A DNA stretch of 64,000 bases from positions 293,730 to 357,729 of the forward strand of contig JBAXJX010000002.1 of assembly GCA_037137655.1 (NCBI GenBank), given 5' to 3'. The stretch is from Candidatus Falkowbacteria bacterium. GTDB lineage: Bacteria; Patescibacteriota; Patescibacteriia; Patescibacteriales; UBA12465. The notes under the pieces are model-generated. The model saw only the letters and a list, made by a program, of their open reading frames with translations, was not told the origin of the DNA and ran no database searches. This document shows, piece after piece, positions 59,715-64,000 of this stretch; the first letter of the stretch is position 1; every line of letters starts with the position of its first letter. Both the position numbers and the translations under genes were made by a program.

Positions 59715-61259
59715 ATGTCTATATATTTCTTTATTTTATCATTATTACTGGCTTTTATCTTTACGCTCGTTGTTAAAATGGTGGCGATAAAGTTTAAAAT
59801 CGTTGATAATCCTGATAATAAACGCAAGATTCATCTTAAACCAATTCCGCTTTTGGGCGGTTTGGCTGTCTTTTTGGCTTTTTTTACAACAATTTTTATT
59901 GGTCATGACTATATTTTGTCCGGCAATTTAACTTGGCACCACTGGTTAGGGGTATTAGTTGGGGCAATTTTTTTAATGATTGGCGGTTTTTTGGACGATA
60001 AATACAATTTTAAACCAACTTGGCAGCTAATTTGGCCAGTTTTAGCTATTATTTCAGTAATTGTTGGCGGCGTGGAGATTCAAAAGATTAGTAATCCTTT
60101 TGGCAATCATTTATTATTACCGGGTTTTGTTAGTTCATTATTTATTGCTGTGTGGTTAATGGGTATGATGTATACCACCAAACTCTTAGATGGCGTTGAT
60201 GGTTTGGTTAGTGGTATCACGGCAATCGCCGCTTTGGTAATTTTTCTCTTTACGGCCACAACTAAATATTTACAACCCGATATTTCTTTCGCCGCTTTAG
60301 TTTTGGCGGGCGCAGCTCTGGGATTTTTAATTTTAAACTTTAATCCGGCCAAGATATTTCTCGGGGAAGGCGGTTCGCTGTTTATGGGTTATATTTTGGG
60401 TGTTTTGGCGATTATCTCAGGTGCTAAAATTGCCATCGCGCTCTTGGTGATGGGAATTCCAATTTTGGACGTCGCCTGGACAATTATCCGTCGTTTGGTT
60501 CATGGTAAAAATCCGTTTCGTTTTGCCGACCGGGAACATCTTCATCATAAATTGCTGGATTTGGGCTTAGGGCCAAAGAAAACGGTGCTAGTTTTTTATG
60601 CTTTGTCGATAATTTTTGGACTTAGTGGCTTATTTTTACAAAGTCAGGGTAAGGCTTGGGCGTTACTAGCCTTGTTTGTTATTATGATTGCTTTGGTTGT
60701 TTTTTTAAACACCATCAAAAAGAAACCACGTTTATTGCTGCACACTTGCTGTGCGCCATGCGCTGCTTATACGGTAGTGGAAGTTTTACGCCAGAAATAT
60801 GATGTGACATTGTATTTTTTAAATTCAAATATCGATAGCCAAGAAGAATATGATCGTCGCTTGGATTCGGTCCGGATTTTAACTGATAAGTATCATTTAC
60901 CGCTCATTGTGGCGCCCTATGATAGGTCTGGATGGTTAAAGGAGGCGGCTGGCTTGGAAAGCGAACCAGAAGGTGGTCGTCGTTGTTTATCGTGTTATGC
61001 AGCTCGCTTGCGCCAAACCGCCGTTTTAGCCCAGCTTAAGCGGTTTGATATTTTTGGCACCAGCCTAACTCTTAGTCCGTTTAAAAATAGTCGCTTAATT
61101 TTGGATATGGAGAAGAAGATTGGGGAGGAATTAGGGATGGATTTTTTGGATTATGATTTTAAAGAGAATGATGGCATAAAAAAATCACAAGACTTTGCCA
61201 AGACTCTGGGTGTTTATCGCCAAAAATATTGTGGTTGTGAGTTTAGTAAGAAAAAATAA
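59715..61259 (+). CDS. fusion protein: GT4-family polyprenyl-phosphate HexNAc-1-phosphate transferase (WecA/MraY-like) plus epoxyqueuosine reductase QueH (DUF208)
   Basis: N-terminal ~335 aa polytopic with 'HLKPIPLLGGLAVF', 'GFLDDKYNF', 'KLLDGVDGLVSG', 'NFNPAKIFLGEGGSLFMGY', 'DREHLHH'. C-terminal ~175 aa with 'LLLHTCCAPCAAY', 'YFLNSNIDSQEEYDRRL', 'EPEGGRRCLSCYAARL', 'LTLSPFKN', 'YRQKYCGCEFS'. Confidence 0.85.
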   Translation: MSIYFFILSLLLAFIFTLVVKMVAIKFKIVDNPDNKRKIHLKPIPLLGGLAVFLAFFTTIFIGHDYILSGNLTWHHWLGVLVGAIFLMIGGFLDDKYNFKPTWQLIWPVLAIISVIVGGVEIQKISNPFGNHLLLPGFVSSLFIAVWLMGMMYTTKLLDGVDGLVSGITAIAALVIFLFTATTKYLQPDISFAALVLAGAALGFLILNFNPAKIFLGEGGSLFMGYILGVLAIISGAKIAIALLVMGIPILDVAWTIIRRLVHGKNPFRFADREHLHHKLLDLGLGPKKTVLVFYALSIIFGLSGLFLQSQGKAWALLALFVIMIALVVFLNTIKKKPRLLLHTCCAPCAAYTVVEVLRQKYDVTLYFLNSNIDSQEEYDRRLDSVRILTDKYHLPLIVAPYDRSGWLKEAAGLESEPEGGRRCLSCYAARLRQTAVLAQLKRFDIFGTSLTLSPFKNSRLILDMEKKIGEELGMDFLDYDFKENDGIKKSQDFAKTLGVYRQKYCGCEFSKKK

Positions 61260-61302
61260 ATTGTGCTATAATAGGAGTAATAATTAATTTAATTTTAATA
61301 CT

Positions 61303-63606
61303 ATGCAAAATTCTTTTGGGCCCAAGAAAATTGTTTTGTTTTTTATTTTGCTTGTCATGGTTGGTAGTTTTGCTTTTTTGAAAATTAAGCAGACCATGGA
61401 TTCTAATCGAAGTGCAGGTAATAGTATTAATAATATAAAAAATGCTAGCTCGACTCCAGATAATTCCGCTATGATTAATAAAATCTCCGGTGATTCCAAG
61501 ATGCTTAAGTTTAATAACGGGGAAGAGTTGAAAGCTTTCTTGGAGGCGAATGCTAATGGCGGCGGATCTATGGCTAATGGCAATGGTGGTATTGCTGGTG
61601 GTGTAATGATCAAAAATTCTTTAGCACCAACAGCTTCGGCTGGTAGTGTTGGCGAAATGGTCACAAAAGATACAGTAACTGGCGCTCCGGACGCTCCCGG
61701 TACCGGCTTGGGTGGCGCTGGAACTACTCCAAATTATTCTGCGACCAATGTGCAGGTGGCTGGAGTGGATGAGGCAGATATTGTAAAGACGGACGGTAAT
61801 TATATTTATGTTGTTTCTGGTCAAAGCTTATTTATTGTTAAAGCTTATCCAGGTGAACAAGCCGAGATTGTTTCTAAAATAACTTTTGCTAATCAACCCC
61901 AAGATATTTATATTAATGGTGATAGCTTAACTGTTTTTGGTTATGATAATCGTTTGTATGCCACACCGATGTATAAGACTTTTATCCGTCAAAACCAATA
62001 CACTTTTTTCAAAGTCTTTGATATTTCTGATAAAAAAAATCCAAAGCAAACTCGTAATTTAGATTTTGAGGGAAACTATTTAGATTCTCGTCAGATTGGG
62101 GATTATGTTTATTTCTTTGTTAATAATTATAATTACTACACCAGTGCTGATCCAGTTTTACCACGGGTTTTAGATGGCGATCAAGTGTTAAGTGATAAAT
62201 GCGCAAGCGATAAAACAAAATGTTTCGCGCCAAATATTTATTATTTTGACATGCCATATAACTCTTATAATTTTACAACGATTGTAGCGGTTAATACTAA
62301 AAAAGCGGATGAGCCAATTTCCGGTGATATTTATTTAATGGATTCCGGGCAAAATTCCTATGTTTCAGAAAAAAATATTTATATCACCAATACTCGTTAT
62401 TTAAATGAGTATGATATTGAAACGGCATTAGCGCGAGAAATAATTTACCCACGCTTAAGTGCCGGTGATCAAAACAAGATTACACGCATTGAGGCAGCCG
62501 AGGACTACGTTTTAAATCGTTACGAGAAACAATCTAAAGTGGCGCAAATTATTGATCGCTTTGTGACGTCTTTAAGTAAAGATGATCAAGATAAGTATAA
62601 TGCGGAATTAGAACAAAAATTACGCCAGAAATATATTGCTTTAGCCAAAGATATGGAGAAGACAATCGTGTATAAGATTGCCATCGATAACGGTAAACTA
62701 GAATATAAAACTTCAGGTGAGGTAACTGGCAGTGTTTTAAATCAATTTTCAATGGACGAGAATGGCGATTATTTCCGCATTGCCACAACTCGTAATCAAA
62801 CCTGGTCTCGTTTCCCGGATTTAAATTCTAATTCTTATAATAATCTTTACGTACTTGGTGCTGATCTAAAAATTGTCGGCAGTCTGGAAAATCTAGCGCC
62901 AAATGAGAGAATTTTTTCAGCGCGTTTTATGGGTAATCGGGCTTACCTAACAACTTTTAAACAAACTGATCCGCTATTTGCGATTGATTTAACAACTCCA
63001 AGTAACCCACAAATTTTGGGAGAATTAAAAGTCCCAGGATTCTCTAATTATTTACACCCATATGATGAAAATATGTTAATTGGCTTTGGCAAAGATGCTA
63101 TTGATATGGGTGACAAGGGCGTTAAGGTTGGCGGTTTGAAATTGAGCTTGTTTGATGTGCGTGACATTAAGAATCCAAAAGTTTTAGATGAATACACTGT
63201 GGGTGATGTTGGCAGTGATTCTGTGGCTCTTTTTGAGCACAAAGCTTTTTTATTTTCAAAAGAGAAAAACCTTTTAGTTTTACCAGTATCATTACGTAAG
63301 TCAGCTGGATTGGATATGTGGGGCGATATTACGTTTAATGGCGCCATGGTTTGGCAAATTAAAAATGACAAATTTGAGCTACAAGGAAAAATTGATCATA
63401 ATGATGGTAAAAGTGTGAATAAAGTTGACTATTTCTATGGCTATGGCTATTATGACAGCTCAGTGAAGCGCAGTCTTTATATTAACGATAAGTTATATAC
63501 AGTCTCTGATAAATTCTTGAAAATTAATAATTTATCTGACTTGAAAGAAGTTAAGAGTCTAGAATTGCAAAAAACTAGCAAAAGTGATTTTCAAGTTGTA
63601 AATTAA
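61303..63606 (+). CDS. secreted/anchored beta-propeller domain protein (PF09826-like)
   Basis: N-terminal TM/signal 'IVLFFILLVMVGSFAFL'. 'NVQVAGVDEADIVKTDGNYIYVV', 'DPLFAIDLTTPSNPQILGELKVPGFSNYLHPYDENMLIGFG', 'GLKLSLFDVRDIKNPK'. Confidence 0.75.
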   Translation: MQNSFGPKKIVLFFILLVMVGSFAFLKIKQTMDSNRSAGNSINNIKNASSTPDNSAMINKISGDSKMLKFNNGEELKAFLEANANGGGSMANGNGGIAGGVMIKNSLAPTASAGSVGEMVTKDTVTGAPDAPGTGLGGAGTTPNYSATNVQVAGVDEADIVKTDGNYIYVVSGQSLFIVKAYPGEQAEIVSKITFANQPQDIYINGDSLTVFGYDNRLYATPMYKTFIRQNQYTFFKVFDISDKKNPKQTRNLDFEGNYLDSRQIGDYVYFFVNNYNYYTSADPVLPRVLDGDQVLSDKCASDKTKCFAPNIYYFDMPYNSYNFTTIVAVNTKKADEPISGDIYLMDSGQNSYVSEKNIYITNTRYLNEYDIETALAREIIYPRLSAGDQNKITRIEAAEDYVLNRYEKQSKVAQIIDRFVTSLSKDDQDKYNAELEQKLRQKYIALAKDMEKTIVYKIAIDNGKLEYKTSGEVTGSVLNQFSMDENGDYFRIATTRNQTWSRFPDLNSNSYNNLYVLGADLKIVGSLENLAPNERIFSARFMGNRAYLTTFKQTDPLFAIDLTTPSNPQILGELKVPGFSNYLHPYDENMLIGFGKDAIDMGDKGVKVGGLKLSLFDVRDIKNPKVLDEYTVGDVGSDSVALFEHKAFLFSKEKNLLVLPVSLRKSAGLDMWGDITFNGAMVWQIKNDKFELQGKIDHNDGKSVNKVDYFYGYGYYDSSVKRSLYINDKLYTVSDKFLKINNLSDLKEVKSLELQKTSKSDFQVVN

Positions 63607-63613
63607 AGCATTT

Positions 63614-64000
63614 ATGAAAAGTAGCGTTGTAGCATTATTAAGCGGATTAATTATTATTTTAGGCTTGGAGGCAATGCTTCTTTGGCCAACGCTTTTTTTG
63701 GTGCCTCTAATTATAATAAATTTAGCAATCTTTTTTTCCGTATTCCTGTTGGTGCGAGAAAATAACTTACGTTGGCGTTGGATAGTTTTTTCCGCCTTGC
63801 CAATAATTTTTATAAACGCGCTAGTGGTGTCTTGCGGATTAATTCCGCAAATAACCTTGTGGAATAAAATTTTGTTGCAAATTATTTTTTTTGCCGCCGT
63901 TTATTTCTTTTTGTTCTATATTAGAAATCTTTGGCTTTATTTTAATTTCCCGGAGCGCCCGAATAATTTAGATAATTTTTCTTTTGGCATGGCAATCGTC
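63614..64000 (+). CDS. membrane protein, 3'-truncated by the window edge
   Basis: ATG at 63614 and the frame is open to base 64000 (129 codons). Several TM helices ('VVALLSGLIIILGLEAMLLW', 'LFLVPLIIINLAIFFSVFLLV'). Not in the ORF track because no stop is reached. Confidence 0.6.
   Translation, partial: MKSSVVALLSGLIIILGLEAMLLWPTLFLVPLIIINLAIFFSVFLLVRENNLRWRWIVFSALPIIFINALVVSCGLIPQITLWNKILLQIIFFAAVYFFLFYIRNLWLYFNFPERPNNLDNFSFGMAIV

Noticed and set aside
61284-61664. 126-aa minus-strand ORF overlapping the start of the beta-propeller gene
   Set aside because: It is antisense to a 767-aa ORF with recognisable family motifs, and its Pro/Ala/Leu-rich translation looks like a frame artefact. The same applies to other short antisense ORFs in the track, for example 20164..20493, 20590..20832, 27382..27762, 39862..40119 and 63048..63371.
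1-64000. Alternative genetic code (UGA as Trp or Gly)
   Set aside because: All recognisable proteins are full length under the standard code, Trp positions use TGG, and no conserved gene is split at a TGA. The data support non-use of TGA (reported as a finding), not reassignment.

Overview
AT-rich, very gene-dense bacterial window. I call 65 CDS and 3 tRNAs, and I saw no rRNA, CRISPR array, transposase or integrase. The gene content is streamlined housekeeping genes, many prepilin-type proteins, envelope glycosyltransferases and divergent hypotheticals. It looks like a small-genome, possibly episymbiotic Patescibacteria/CPR-like organism, but that is inference only.

Layout:
- 1-5 kb: GT-C glycosyltransferase, miaB, miaA.
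- 5-14.4 kb (minus strand): pilin-FISUMP fusion, gatB, secreted and vWA proteins, then a complete dCMP/dCTP-to-dTDP block (dCMP deaminase, thyA, DHFR-like, P-loop kinase, MazG-like, tmk).
- 14.5-19.7 kb: DUF167, three GT2 genes, PEGA protein, murA.
- 19.8-21.7 kb: pilin fused to a propeller-like repeat domain, then rplU.
- 21.7-23.5 kb: small accessory islet with an ORF6N gene, a G9-tract promoter, a 307-aa unknown, and a duplicated 31-bp palindrome.
- 23.5-26.2 kb: recR, ybaB, dnaB, tRNA-Lys, tRNA-Thr.
- 26.3-42.6 kb: 14-gene locus. A sensor, histidine kinase and CheY-like receiver are followed by pilB, pilC, four minor pilins (two giant ones carrying LamG lectin domains), a PilM-TM fusion and four tandem pilin paralogs.
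- 42.6-46.8 kb: tRNA-Glu, fmt, def, LigB-like protein, secreted repeat protein.
- 46.8-51.7 kb: accessory island with Nudix, RhuM-Doc, TM proteins and a tandemly duplicated pair of tiny 2-TM genes, punctuated by a repeated bipartite hairpin element.
- 51.7-59.6 kb: proteostasis neighbourhood. clpB with a CIRCE operator, Nfu_N-like small proteins, and a membrane-anchored AAA+ with a degenerate first ATPase domain.
- 59.7-64 kb: WecA/MraY-like::QueH fusion, beta-propeller secreted protein, partial membrane protein.

Best candidates for something new:
1. The lectin-decorated, two-component-coupled, secretin-less type IV pilus system, together with two additional cargo pilins elsewhere in the window.
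2. The membrane-tethered ClpB/C-like AAA+ with a dead D1 and its small TM partner.
3. The duplicated mini-TM gene cassettes with shared leader and terminator modules.
4. The poly-G promoter and palindrome-bracketed islet.
5. The WecA::QueH fusion.
6. Complete absence of TGA among the 64 stop codons.

All homology statements come from motif recognition by eye. No database search or structure prediction was run.
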